Positions 21,678 through 31,064 of a stretch of DNA of 58,165 nucleotides are shown piece after piece. Within the stretch, counting starts at the first letter, position 1. Every line of letters begins with the position of its first letter. Under the pieces are notes generated by a model that saw only the letters and a program-made list of their open reading frames with translations, searched no databases and was not told the origin of the DNA. A program made the translations under genes and the position numbers. The DNA comes from Bacilli bacterium (GTDB lineage Bacteria > Bacillota_I > Bacilli_A > RF39 > UBA660). The DNA is taken from assembly GCA_028709545.1 (NCBI GenBank), contig JAQVWT010000002.1, positions 1-58,165 of the forward strand, given 5' to 3'.

Positions 21678-22972
21678 CTCATATCTACATTATAATTATG
21701 AATTATTTGTTCTTCAGTTAAGGAAGTATTATAAACTCTAATTGATTTAAAAATCTCATCATAACTACTTCCGCCAATATATAAGATATTATTTGCTACA
21801 CTCACTAAGTTAGAAGTGTTTTTTAAAAATTCACCATTTATATAAATATCAATATTTGTAGAATTTTTTACAAGGGTAATAGTATTAAATGAATTTACTG
21901 TAAGTCCAGTTGAATTACTAGTTGTATATACAATTAAACTAGCATTATTATTTAACATAATAAAATTAGTTAAATAATTGGGACTAGAAGCCAACCTTAA
22001 ATGATTTTTAGCTCTAAATTCAATCGTATATCTATCTACGCTATTAATAATATTATATATATTTAATTTAGTATTAATAAATATAGTGGCTGGAATAGTT
22101 ACCCCACTAGTCAGATTATTAGTAAAATTTCCGCTGTTGAGAGTTCCATCCATATTAGTTCCAGATAAATCTTTAAAATAATTAGCAGAAGTTTTAAATC
22201 CTAGATTTCCACTATAATTTAAATTATCATAATGAAGTACTAGTGACTTTTCATCATTAACCTCATGAGTATAATATAATACATTATAAGGATTATTTAT
22301 TACTCCAATACCAGAAGAAATAGGAGTATTCTTTGATACATTTATAACAAGTCTTAGCCCATATTTAGTTGAATTATTTTGTGTTATTTTAGTTCTTTTT
22401 TTCACACTACACAGATTATTTACATCACAAGAATATTGATATAAATAAAAACTATTACTACTTTGATCATAATAAAAATATTCACTATTATTACTAAGTA
22501 AAGATTTTTTTAAAAGGAGATCATCTATCATCTCAAAGCTAGTTATTAACTCTTTAGTAAAATAAGTAATATAATTTTTAGAGGTCGACCCGGTTGTATA
22601 CATATTATAAAAGCGGTTAATTTCATCTTGTAAAAATGTTATATCTTTATTAACACTAGTCATCATAACCACATTATCACTAACAAGTGTAATATCATTA
22701 CTATTAACACTTGATACAACCCAATTTATATTCTTGGTGCTGACATTATTAATATTAGTAAAAACTGGTATATTAATATAACTTCCAACTTCTACATCAG
22801 CAAGTGTCCTTTTACCAACATTAGATAAGTTTTCTTTAATACTATCAATTGTATTATTATGAAGAGTTCGATTATGTAAAAAGTTCCCAACTAAACCTAA
22901 TAGCACTGCACAGAAAATCAAGAAAAATGAATATAATAAAGACGTTGCTATAAAGCCACTATTTTTTTTCAT
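21665..22972 (-). CDS. Minor-pilin-like protein with a C-terminal LamG/concanavalin-A-like lectin domain
   Basis: N-terminus KKNSGFIATSLLYSFFLIF (pilin-like, no Glu at +5). The C-terminus ...IFKSIRVYNTSLTEEQIIHNY is typical of LamG_3 domains. Start at the ATG 6 nt after AGGAGAG. Confidence 0.55.
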   Translation of the reverse strand: MKKNSGFIATSLLYSFFLIFCAVLLGLVGNFLHNRTLHNNTIDSIKENLSNVGKRTLADVEVGSYINIPVFTNINNVSTKNINWVVSSVNSNDITLVSDNVVMMTSVNKDITFLQDEINRFYNMYTTGSTSKNYITYFTKELITSFEMIDDLLLKKSLLSNNSEYFYYDQSSNSFYLYQYSCDVNNLCSVKKRTKITQNNSTKYGLRLVINVSKNTPISSGIGVINNPYNVLYYTHEVNDEKSLVLHYDNLNYSGNLGFKTSANYFKDLSGTNMDGTLNSGNFTNNLTSGVTIPATIFINTKLNIYNIINSVDRYTIEFRAKNHLRLASSPNYLTNFIMLNNNASLIVYTTSNSTGLTVNSFNTITLVKNSTNIDIYINGEFLKNTSNLVSVANNILYIGGSSYDEIFKSIRVYNTSLTEEQIIHNYNVDMRWNQ

Positions 22973-23043
22973 AACCATCTCTCCTACTATTATCATTTTA
23001 CTAAACTTATCTTAAAAAGTCTAATATATTTTTCCACAGAAAA

Positions 23044-23073
23044 AATCAATTATAAGATTATTTATAATTGATT
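23044..23073 (-). terminator. Terminator (12-bp perfect inverted repeat)
   Basis: AATCAATTATAA-N6-TTATAATTGATT, followed by a U-run on the minus strand. Confidence 0.5.
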
Positions 23074-23276
23074 AGCACCCTTTTACTTAAAAGAATATAT
23101 TATACTAGGTGATAGTCGTGTGTGGTAAACCAAATCCTTTTAATGGTTTTTTCGGAATAATTGGTATATTTATTTTATGTGTTTTAATAACTTATCAAGT
23201 AATACTTACTTTCTTTGTACCATTTAGATTTAATTTAATAATTTTATTTGTTGAAATATGTCTCTTATTTTTTATT

Positions 23277-24134
23277 TTATATAAAATAATATGGCCTTAT
23301 TAAATTTTCGGTTTTATATATATATGTCATTAGATTGTTTACTTTCGTAGTATTATCATATTCAAAATTAGTAAACTCGATCTTTTTAGGAAGAGATATC
23401 ATAATAAAAAACAATTTCTTTTCTTCATCACTTAAAGGAAATCTTTGATTATATACTTCAAAAAAATTACTAAATTCATATTTATTATAATCATTTGAAT
23501 AAAGATTCATTAAATCAAGAACTGGAGTATCAATTGTATATTTATCCCAAGATATAAAGTAATCATCAGTACTTGATAAAAAATGTTCAACCGATAAATT
23601 ATTATGACAATAAACTACTCTTTCTTTAGTTTTCTCACTCATCATTTTTAACCACTCATCTAACTCTTTTTTTATAAAGGTAAAGTTGGCGAGCAGTTTA
23701 CTGCTATTACGAATTAGTAAATAACTAGATGGACTCATAACTACATCCCCAGCGATAACATCAAACTGCTGATTATAATAGTTTTCAATATCAATAATAT
23801 TACTTTCAATACCTTCATATATTTTTTTAACATAATCAGCAGTTATCGGTTTAAAGTAAGCTGTTTTATTATGAAGAAGGGCAAGTAAATTTGCCATATC
23901 TGATGCTTTTTGGTTAGTAGGAATATTTACACTATCAATATAGTCAAATATATAATTATTATCATCTTCATCAATAATCTCTGGATAATTATGAAACTGT
24001 CTTGTATTTAAATAATCATATAAAGATTTTAAATCTTTATTTTTTTCTTTAATTACATATTTTTTATCATCACTTGATAATATTTTAGTTTTACCAGCAA
24101 GAGTTATTTTAGCTCGCTGCTTCTTCATCAGCAA
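23277..24134 (-). CDS. CotS/YsxE-like spore coat kinase-fold protein
   Basis: Follows a SpoVID-like gene as in B. subtilis spoVID-ysxE. Has a phosphotransferase-like CHNNLSVEHF segment. Confidence 0.45.
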   Translation of the reverse strand: MLMKKQRAKITLAGKTKILSSDDKKYVIKEKNKDLKSLYDYLNTRQFHNYPEIIDEDDNNYIFDYIDSVNIPTNQKASDMANLLALLHNKTAYFKPITADYVKKIYEGIESNIIDIENYYNQQFDVIAGDVVMSPSSYLLIRNSSKLLANFTFIKKELDEWLKMMSEKTKERVVYCHNNLSVEHFLSSTDDYFISWDKYTIDTPVLDLMNLYSNDYNKYEFSNFFEVYNQRFPLSDEEKKLFFIMISLPKKIEFTNFEYDNTTKVNNLMTYIYKTENLIRPYYFI

Positions 24135-24801
24135 TTATTAACTTGGAATTAATAGTAAGCTCATCAATATTATTAAGTTTTTTTAAATCATTTAAAGATA
24201 TATCATATTTAGAACATATACTTTCAACAGTATCTATAGGAGTTACCGTATGAACATGATAAGTAATAAAACTTTCCTCAGAATTAATATTATTTATAAT
24301 TGCTTCTTTATTAATACCTTCTTCATCTCTTATGTCTTCAACAGGTGGTTCTTCTTCTGGAGTCTTTACTTCTTCCGGGGTCTTTACTTCTTCTGTTCTA
24401 TTTTCTTCAGATAAATCGATAACTTCTGCATCTGTTTCTTGCAAAAACTCCTCTAAATCACTTTCCTCGGCAAACTCAATCAAACTTTGTTCTCCACTTA
24501 CTAAGTATTCGATATGAACGCTTAGTTCATCTTCATTAACATTATAAGAAAAATCATTTATTTCTACTTCAACAGTATCTAAATTAACATTACTTCTTAC
24601 TTCATTATTAAAGGGTACCTTAAAACTAAAGTCTTCTTTATTAATACTTACTTCATGAAGACGATAGTCACCAGAGATAATAAACTCACCTATTACTTTA
24701 GAATCATCAACATCAAAACTATGTTCAAGTGATATACTTGTAATAGCATGAATATTATTTTTAAATAAAAACTCTTTATCTAGTACATAAACTTCATTCA
24801 T
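24109..24801 (-). CDS. spoVID: SpoVID-like protein (N-terminal SPOCS-like region, acidic repeat, C-terminal LysM)
   Basis: C-terminal LysM (YHVHTVTPIDTVESICSKYDISLNDLKKLNN), an acidic KTPEEV repeat, and its context with the ysxE-like gene. Confidence 0.5.
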   Translation of the reverse strand: MNEVYVLDKEFLFKNNIHAITSISLEHSFDVDDSKVIGEFIISGDYRLHEVSINKEDFSFKVPFNNEVRSNVNLDTVEVEINDFSYNVNEDELSVHIEYLVSGEQSLIEFAEESDLEEFLQETDAEVIDLSEENRTEEVKTPEEVKTPEEEPPVEDIRDEEGINKEAIINNINSEESFITYHVHTVTPIDTVESICSKYDISLNDLKKLNNIDELTINSKLIIADEEAAS

Positions 24802-24873
24802 CTAATCAATCCTTTCTAAAAAATTATATGTAATAGATAAAATTTTACCACTAAAAAAGAAGCCAATGACTTC

Positions 24874-27153
24874 TTATCTTAAAAACAACTTTTTATATAC
24901 CTCATCATATTTAGAGACGGTTATTAGTGATAAATCATCAATAATAAATTTAGGTATATCTTTTAGATCTATAATATTAGCTTTAGGTAAATAAATAGTT
25001 TTAATCCCATTATTATAAGCCGTAATTATTTTATCTTTTAGTTTACTTACTTTTAAAACATTACCATATAAATCTATACTACCAATAAAAGCGATCGTGT
25101 TATCAATTTTCTTTTTACTTATTAAACTTAAAATTCCCGATATTATTCCCAGTGCACCACTATAACCATCTATTTTAAAATTAGATTCAAAATGAAGATG
25201 AAGACCACTGTTTTTTAATATTTTAGAATCTATATAATTCACGCTTTTTAAATAACTAATAATTAAATTAATCGAGTCAAGTAATCTTTCGCCAACATTA
25301 CCAGTAACTGTTAAAGTAGTATCACTTGAAACAAGCGCTGAGCCAACATTTATTATTTCTCCCCCTAAAGGGCTTGCTCCTAATATATTAACTGAGCCGA
25401 TCATTCCTTCTTTTAAAACAGTTTCATATAATTTATTGCCAAGTACCGATGAAACATATTCTAAAGTTATCTTACTAGGAGTAATTTTATTAATAATAAT
25501 ATTACGAATTAGTTTATCTAAAACTCTTTCTAACTCTCTTACTCCACTTTCTAAAGTATAATTACTAATTATATAAAGAATTATATCTTCACTGATTTTG
25601 ACTTTTCTAGCACCATATCTAATAAATATATTAGGTATTAAATAATTAAGAGCAATATATTTTTTATCATAAATAGTATATGAATCAAGATGGATGATTT
25701 CTAGACGATCTTTTAAAGGAGCGGGAATTACTTCTTCATCATTTGCAGTCAATATAAATAAGACTTTAGATAAATCAAATGGTTCTTCTATATAATTATC
25801 AACAAATAATTTATTTTGATTAACATCAAGTATATCCAAAAGAACTGATGCTGGATCTCCCTTAAAATCTTTAACCATTTTATCAACTTCATCAATTAAA
25901 ATTACGGGATTATCGACTCCTACTTTTTTAATTCCGGAAATTATTTTACCAGGAGATGCCCCTAAATATGTTCTCCTGTGACCAGTTAGTTCACTAGAAT
26001 CATTAAGTCCACCGACACTTATTTTAAAGAATTCTCTTTTTAAAGCTTTACTAATACTCATCGCTAGGGTTGTTTTTCCAACCCCAGGCGGACCCACAAA
26101 ACAAAGAATTGGACTAGAAATATCATTATTTAACTCTTTTAAAGCTGCATACTCTTCTATTCTTTCTTTAATAATACTTACACCATAATGAGTTTTATCA
26201 AGAGATGTTCTAATATTTTTAGCTTTTAATTCTTCTTTAGATGATTTATTAAAAGGAAGACTTATAACTGTTTCAATATAATTTCTTATTATCGATAAAT
26301 CCGGACTATTATCAGGAGTGTATTCATATTTTCTAAGTTCATTCAAAAGCTTTTCTTTTGTTTCATTACAGACATCTAAATTATTGATTTTATCATGGTA
26401 AATAGATGCTTCTTCAGTTTTAGAACTAGATACACCTAATTCTTCATTAAGCTTCTGTATTTTAGCTTTAAGTAAATAATCTTTTTGCTCTTTCTCAAAA
26501 TCATTTCTAATTTCATAATCAAGTTTATTATTAAGTTTAATAACTTCAAGTTCTATATTTAATTCTTTAATTAACTTTTTAGCTCTTTTTACTTCACTTA
26601 GCTCATTCATATAGATTGTTTTTTTATTTATAGGAAGATTAATAAAATTAACAATAAGATCAGTTAATTCATCAAGGGAAACACTTTCATTAATTTTATG
26701 AGAAATACTGTTTGATACTTCTGGATTTAGTCTAATATATGATTTAGTAAGATCAATTAACTTTCTTTTTAAAGCTACTCCCTCAGTATTTTCTCCAGTA
26801 TCAATATATAATCTTTTAATTGAAGAAATAATAACTTTTTGGTCATCTTTATAGGTTGAATAATTAAGTACCTCAACCCTATGAAGACCTTTTATTACAA
26901 CTCGGTAGTTCCCATTAGGAAGCTCAATTTTACTAACTACTGAAGTTAAAATCCCTACCTTTGGTAAATCTTTAACTGATGGAGATACTTCTAAAAAATT
27001 AATTGGTAAAATAACTAATATTTTATTATGAAAAACGCCCTCACTTAAATCAATAATCTTCTTAGAAAGATCATTATTAAGTTCTAGGCGCACTTCTTGA
27101 AGAGGCAAAAGAGTTAGTTTTTTAAGTAAAAGAACTGGTAAATTCTCTTTCAT
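24874..27153 (-). CDS. lon: ATP-dependent Lon protease (LonA type, divergent protease motif)
   Basis: N-terminal LON domain, Walker A GPPGVGKT, and a C-terminal Ser-Lys domain (DGYSGALG...KLKDK). Confidence 0.85.
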   Translation of the reverse strand: MKENLPVLLLKKLTLLPLQEVRLELNNDLSKKIIDLSEGVFHNKILVILPINFLEVSPSVKDLPKVGILTSVVSKIELPNGNYRVVIKGLHRVEVLNYSTYKDDQKVIISSIKRLYIDTGENTEGVALKRKLIDLTKSYIRLNPEVSNSISHKINESVSLDELTDLIVNFINLPINKKTIYMNELSEVKRAKKLIKELNIELEVIKLNNKLDYEIRNDFEKEQKDYLLKAKIQKLNEELGVSSSKTEEASIYHDKINNLDVCNETKEKLLNELRKYEYTPDNSPDLSIIRNYIETVISLPFNKSSKEELKAKNIRTSLDKTHYGVSIIKERIEEYAALKELNNDISSPILCFVGPPGVGKTTLAMSISKALKREFFKISVGGLNDSSELTGHRRTYLGASPGKIISGIKKVGVDNPVILIDEVDKMVKDFKGDPASVLLDILDVNQNKLFVDNYIEEPFDLSKVLFILTANDEEVIPAPLKDRLEIIHLDSYTIYDKKYIALNYLIPNIFIRYGARKVKISEDIILYIISNYTLESGVRELERVLDKLIRNIIINKITPSKITLEYVSSVLGNKLYETVLKEGMIGSVNILGASPLGGEIINVGSALVSSDTTLTVTGNVGERLLDSINLIISYLKSVNYIDSKILKNSGLHLHFESNFKIDGYSGALGIISGILSLISKKKIDNTIAFIGSIDLYGNVLKVSKLKDKIITAYNNGIKTIYLPKANIIDLKDIPKFIIDDLSLITVSKYDEVYKKLFLR

Positions 27154-27182
27154 ATGTACTGCCTCCTTTTGATATGTGTTTT

Positions 27183-27211
27183 ATTATAGTATTTAAAAAA
27201 TGTTTTGTAAA
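27183..27211 (-). promoter_or_regulatory. Candidate promoter for lon
   Basis: Minus strand reads TTTACA - 17 nt - TATAAT, upstream of the AAGGAGG RBS. Confidence 0.4.
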
Positions 27212-27376
27212 GGATTAGGTCGTATTTTGTCGAAAAAATTGGAAGTTAATTTTTCATTTCTAATTTACTAAGATAGTTTTTAGCAATATGAGTATCACTT
27301 CTCATTATCTTTTTATCTGGCGAACCTTTTCATATAATTATTCCTGATGACACGTTTTTTATCTGAATTTTTTTAA

Positions 27377-27905
27377 TTATTTATTTTTAATTGATGATAG
27401 TTCAGATATATTTTCAAGTTTTTGGATTCTATTGTCTGTTGTTAATAATTTCATTTGATATATGGCAATTTCATTAAGTCTAATTAACCTTTCTTTTTGA
27501 ATTAAACCTTCGTTTATATAAACCGAATTTAAATTTTCTAAATTAACTAAACATACTAACTCTGCAACATTAGCATAATTTCTCACGTTATCGACTTTAT
27601 CTTGATTTTTATTTTGCCAAACAGAAGCAGTCATACCAAATAATGCCATGTTTATTTGCATCAGTATGAATATTATAATTTATTTTTGATAGTGTTCTTT
27701 TTAAATTCCATCCAAATTCTTTTTGTTCCATTGTCTTTAATCGTTTGAACTCCGTCATAACATATAATCTAAATTCTGGACTCATCCAACTAGCAAATTC
27801 TAGTGCAATATCAACATGTGCAAAAGTTTCTATACTGTATTTACCACCTTTTGATATAAAACCAATGGCACTTGTTCTTTTTTTGTATTTCTTTCAATTT
27901 AATAA
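27377..27905 (-). pseudogene. KilA-N domain protein remnant (N-terminally truncated, internal deletion plus frameshift)
   Basis: One frame reads GFISKGGKYSIETFAHVDIALEFASWMSPEFRLYVMTEFKRL...NYNIHTDA. It then shifts to a second frame, ..ALFGMTASVWQNKN...NVRNYANVAELVCLVNLENLN... Confidence 0.55.
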
Positions 27906-28225
27906 ACCTCCTAAGACTGTTTTATAATCTTTTATATTTGTTTTGATAATGATTTTTTATTAAATCGTACGATAATTTTTTTCTTTTACTCTAAATCAAT
28001 TTGATTCCATATGTTAACAAAGTTTGAAAATATCACATAATGATCTTTCTACATTAGAAAAATTGATTTCTTCACTTTGAATACTTTTAATTATTGTCCT
28101 TCTACTAAGATATATTGTAGTAAAATTTCTATTTGCTTTTTTATTAATAGCAATGTTAAGTTATATCTATAATTAAATTAGTATGTACCTTCACTAAGGA
28201 AAAATTTTCCTCTTCTCCTTACAAA

Positions 28226-28305
28226 AGTAACATAAATAAAACTGCACTAATTTTAGTACAGTTTTATTTTATTGAAAATATTTTTAAATCTTCATCAGTT
28301 AATTT
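28226..28305. repeat. 80-bp direct repeat, copy A (duplicate of the pdp 3' end plus terminator)
   Basis: Identical to 29748..29827 except for 1 nt. Contains the CTGCACTA/TAGTGCAG hairpin. Confidence 0.9.
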
Positions 28306-28316
28306 TATATTTTTGA

Positions 28317-29516
28317 TTATTCTTCTAATAAAAAGTCAATTATATTTATTAGTTTTATACCTCTAATATCCTTAATAAAATTTTTATCATTAGAAATGAT
28401 TGTTTTCTCATAATGATTATTAGGGATATCTAAACTTCTAGTTTCTCTTTCTAAAACATCTGAGGATAGATTATAAACAACTTGATAGTACTTCTTTTCT
28501 GATTCTTTAGTCGCTATAAAATCTATTTCATAATCATTATTTTTACCAATCCATACTTGGTATCCTCTTCTAATAAGTTCTAAATAAACTATTGTTTCTA
28601 AAATATGTCCATAGTCAGTATCCCGGTATCCAACTATTGCGTTTCTTACTCCAGTATCAATAATATAATATTTAGCAAGAGTTTTTAATAATAATTTCCC
28701 TTTAATATCATATCTAGGAACTTTAGATATAATATAAGCTTTTTCTAAATATAAAAGATAATTATCTACCGTATTATGACTAGTTAACTGACCGCCATCT
28801 TTTAAGTAATTACTTATTTTGTTTGGAGAAATAATATTACCAGTATTTTGAGCTACAAATGCCATAACGTTATGAAGCAGTGCTATATCTTTAATATCAT
28901 TTCTTTCAATAACATCTTTCATTATAACCGTATTGTATATATCCTTTAGATATGTATTAATTGTTGCTTCATCTTTTTTTAATTCGCTTATTACTGGCAA
29001 TCCTCCATATTTAGTGTAATTTATGAAGTGCTCATCAGTGGTAATATTATTATTTTGATTAAAATCCAAATATTCCTTAAATGAAAGAGGCATCATTTTT
29101 ATTTCAACATATCTTCCAGATAAAAGAGTTGATAATTCGCTTGAAAGCAAATAAGCATTTGACCCAGTTATATAAAGATCTGAATTAAAATCTACCATAA
29201 ATGAATTAATAGCTTTTTCCCATTTTTCTATCAATTGAACTTCATCAAGAAGTATATATACTTTTCCTTTTAATTTACTTATTAGGAGTTTAACATAATC
29301 GTATAAGTCTTCATAATTCTGAATTTCCTTAAATTTAACAGATTCAAAATTAATTAAAATTATATTATTTTCTTTGATACCATTATTAATTAAATATTCC
29401 TTAAATAATAAGAGCAATGTTGATTTACCACTTCTTCTCATTCCCGTAATTACTTTTATTAAATTCGTATCTTTAAAATCAACTAATTTATTTAAATATA
29501 AATCTCTTTTTTTCAT
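28317..29516 (-). CDS. AAA-family ATPase with a DUF4143-like C-terminal domain
   Basis: Walker A GMRRSGKST and Walker B ILLDEVQ. The C-terminus resembles the restriction-endonuclease-like DUF4143. A paralog fragment lies at 57834..58165. Confidence 0.75.
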   Translation of the reverse strand: MKKRDLYLNKLVDFKDTNLIKVITGMRRSGKSTLLLLFKEYLINNGIKENNIILINFESVKFKEIQNYEDLYDYVKLLISKLKGKVYILLDEVQLIEKWEKAINSFMVDFNSDLYITGSNAYLLSSELSTLLSGRYVEIKMMPLSFKEYLDFNQNNNITTDEHFINYTKYGGLPVISELKKDEATINTYLKDIYNTVIMKDVIERNDIKDIALLHNVMAFVAQNTGNIISPNKISNYLKDGGQLTSHNTVDNYLLYLEKAYIISKVPRYDIKGKLLLKTLAKYYIIDTGVRNAIVGYRDTDYGHILETIVYLELIRRGYQVWIGKNNDYEIDFIATKESEKKYYQVVYNLSSDVLERETRSLDIPNNHYEKTIISNDKNFIKDIRGIKLINIIDFLLEE

Positions 29517-29536
29517 AACATTTCACCCTAAAAATC

Positions 29537-29594
29537 ATTATACTACTGCAATAAGCAAAAGTCAAGTTTTGTTTGTGCAGAGACAAAACTTGAC
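29537..29594 (-). promoter_or_regulatory. Promoter of the ATPase gene with an overlapping 12-bp inverted repeat
   Basis: Minus strand reads TTGACT - 17 nt - TATAAT. The inverted repeat GTCAAGTTTTGT-N10-ACAAAACTTGAC (29561..29594) covers the -35 box. Confidence 0.45.
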
Positions 29595-29747
29595 ATTTAT
29601 CCAACTTTTCGTTTGTAGTTACCAGAAAATATACAGCCAAATTTATGTATAAGCAACAGCGAATATCAAGAAATATTTGTTTATTTCTAACTTCATAGAT
29701 AACAATAACCCTCTTCTAAGGAGATTATGTCTTTTTTTCCTTAGAGA

Positions 29748-29827
29748 AGTAACATAAATAAAACTGCACTAATTTTAGTGCAGTTTTATTTTATTGAAAA
29801 TATTTTTAAATCTTCATCAGTTAATTT
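29748..29827. repeat. 80-bp direct repeat, copy B (authentic pdp 3' end plus bidirectional terminator)
   Basis: See copy A. The hairpin is flanked by A- and T-runs. Confidence 0.9.
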
Positions 29828-31006
29828 AATATTTAAATTTTTAACATAGAGCTCAGCTAAAGCTTCATCTTTTTTAACTTTATCACCTATATTTTTCAGT
29901 AGTTTAATACCTACTCCATAATCAATTTTAGATTTTTTAGTTTCTCTGCCAGCCCCAAGCTTCATAGCAAGACGTCCACAGTTTATTGCGCTTATCGCAT
30001 CAATTGTACCTTCTAAACTACTTTTTAAAGTAATAACTTTATCACTTACTTTAAGCTTTGATAAGTCTCCACCTTGAGTTATAATCCATTTCTTAAACAT
30101 CTTATGAGCGTTATCATTATCAAGAGCATTCTTGCAAAGTATTTTAGCATCTTTAACCGGAATCTCTTTTGCCATAGCAACAATACTTGCTGCAATATCT
30201 ATACTTACATCACGAAGGGGACATTTCTTTCCTTTTAAGACTTCAATAGCCTCAAGTACTTCTAAAGCATTACCAATAGAAGAAGATAAAGGACTATCCA
30301 TTGGCGTAATTAAAGTTTTAACATCCTTTTTAAAATGTTTACCGATCGATAAAAGCATCTTACTAAATTCTTTAGCATCATCAACACTCTTAATAAATGC
30401 CCCATTACCATACTTGATATCAATAACAATATAAGAAGCTCCACAGGCAATCTTTTTACTCATAATGGAAGCTGCTATTAAAGGCATTGACTCAGTGGTG
30501 CCCGTTACATCTCTTAAACTATAAATAACTTTATCAAGTGGAACTAAGTCATCAGTTTGAGAGCTAATAACAATACCTATTTTATTTACTTGATTATAAA
30601 ACTCTTCTTTACTTAACTCTACTTTATAACCAGGGATACTCTCAAGTTTATCAATAGTACCACCTGTATAACCAAGACCCCTACCACTCATTTTTGCCAT
30701 AGGGATATTCATACTAGCTACAATCGGCGCGATTATAAAAGTTGCAGTATCACCTATTCCTCCCGTACTATGCTTGTCACTTACCTTTTTATTAAATTTA
30801 TAAACATCTCCACTTTTTATAAAGACATCTGTTAAAGCAAGAGTTTCCTTCATTGTCATTCCATTAATAGTGATTGCCATTAAAAGTGCACTCATTTGAT
30901 AATCGGGAATACTTTTATTTAAATAAGAACAGAATGCAAAAGAAAGTTCATCATACGATAACTCTTCTTTATTTTTCTTTTTCAATATTATTTCTATTAT
31001 ATTCAT
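29786..31006 (-). CDS. pdp: Pyrimidine-nucleoside (thymidine) phosphorylase
   Basis: DKHSTGGIGD phosphate-binding motif and overall family layout. Confidence 0.9.
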   Translation of the reverse strand: MNIIEIILKKKNKEELSYDELSFAFCSYLNKSIPDYQMSALLMAITINGMTMKETLALTDVFIKSGDVYKFNKKVSDKHSTGGIGDTATFIIAPIVASMNIPMAKMSGRGLGYTGGTIDKLESIPGYKVELSKEEFYNQVNKIGIVISSQTDDLVPLDKVIYSLRDVTGTTESMPLIAASIMSKKIACGASYIVIDIKYGNGAFIKSVDDAKEFSKMLLSIGKHFKKDVKTLITPMDSPLSSSIGNALEVLEAIEVLKGKKCPLRDVSIDIAASIVAMAKEIPVKDAKILCKNALDNDNAHKMFKKWIITQGGDLSKLKVSDKVITLKSSLEGTIDAISAINCGRLAMKLGAGRETKKSKIDYGVGIKLLKNIGDKVKKDEALAELYVKNLNIKLTDEDLKIFSIK

Positions 31007-31026
31007 AATTATCCCAACTTTTTTCG

Positions 31027-31058
31027 GTGCTGAGAGGACTAAAGCCCTCTAACAGCAC
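31027..31058 (-). other. Conserved imperfect hairpin downstream of the target1 stop codon
   Basis: GTGCTGAGAGG-loop-CCTCT-aa-CAGCAC, with no following U-tract. Duplicated at 34495..34526. Confidence 0.5.
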
Positions 31059-31064
31059 ACCATC

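Noticed and set aside
23109-23303. 64-aa hydrophobic plus-strand ORF (GTG start, GGTG RBS) between the pilin operon and the ysxE-like gene
   Set aside because: It may be a real small membrane protein, since no minus-strand ORF occupies 23074-23276. But it has a GTG start, overlaps the convergent gene end by 27 nt and has no recognisable family, so it is not supported well enough to call.
27212-27236. Possible CtsR operator (GGTCGTATTTTGTCGAA) upstream of the lon promoter
   Set aside because: Only about 10 of 15 specified positions match the A/GGTCAAA-NAN-A/GGTCAAA direct repeat, and it lies upstream of the -35 box. This is too weak to call.
27745-27927. 60-aa plus-strand ORF
   Set aside because: It lies antisense to the KilA-N remnant and has no RBS or motif.
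29374-29652. 92-aa plus-strand ORF
   Set aside because: It overlaps the 5' end and promoter of the AAA ATPase gene in antisense, and its translation is low-complexity.
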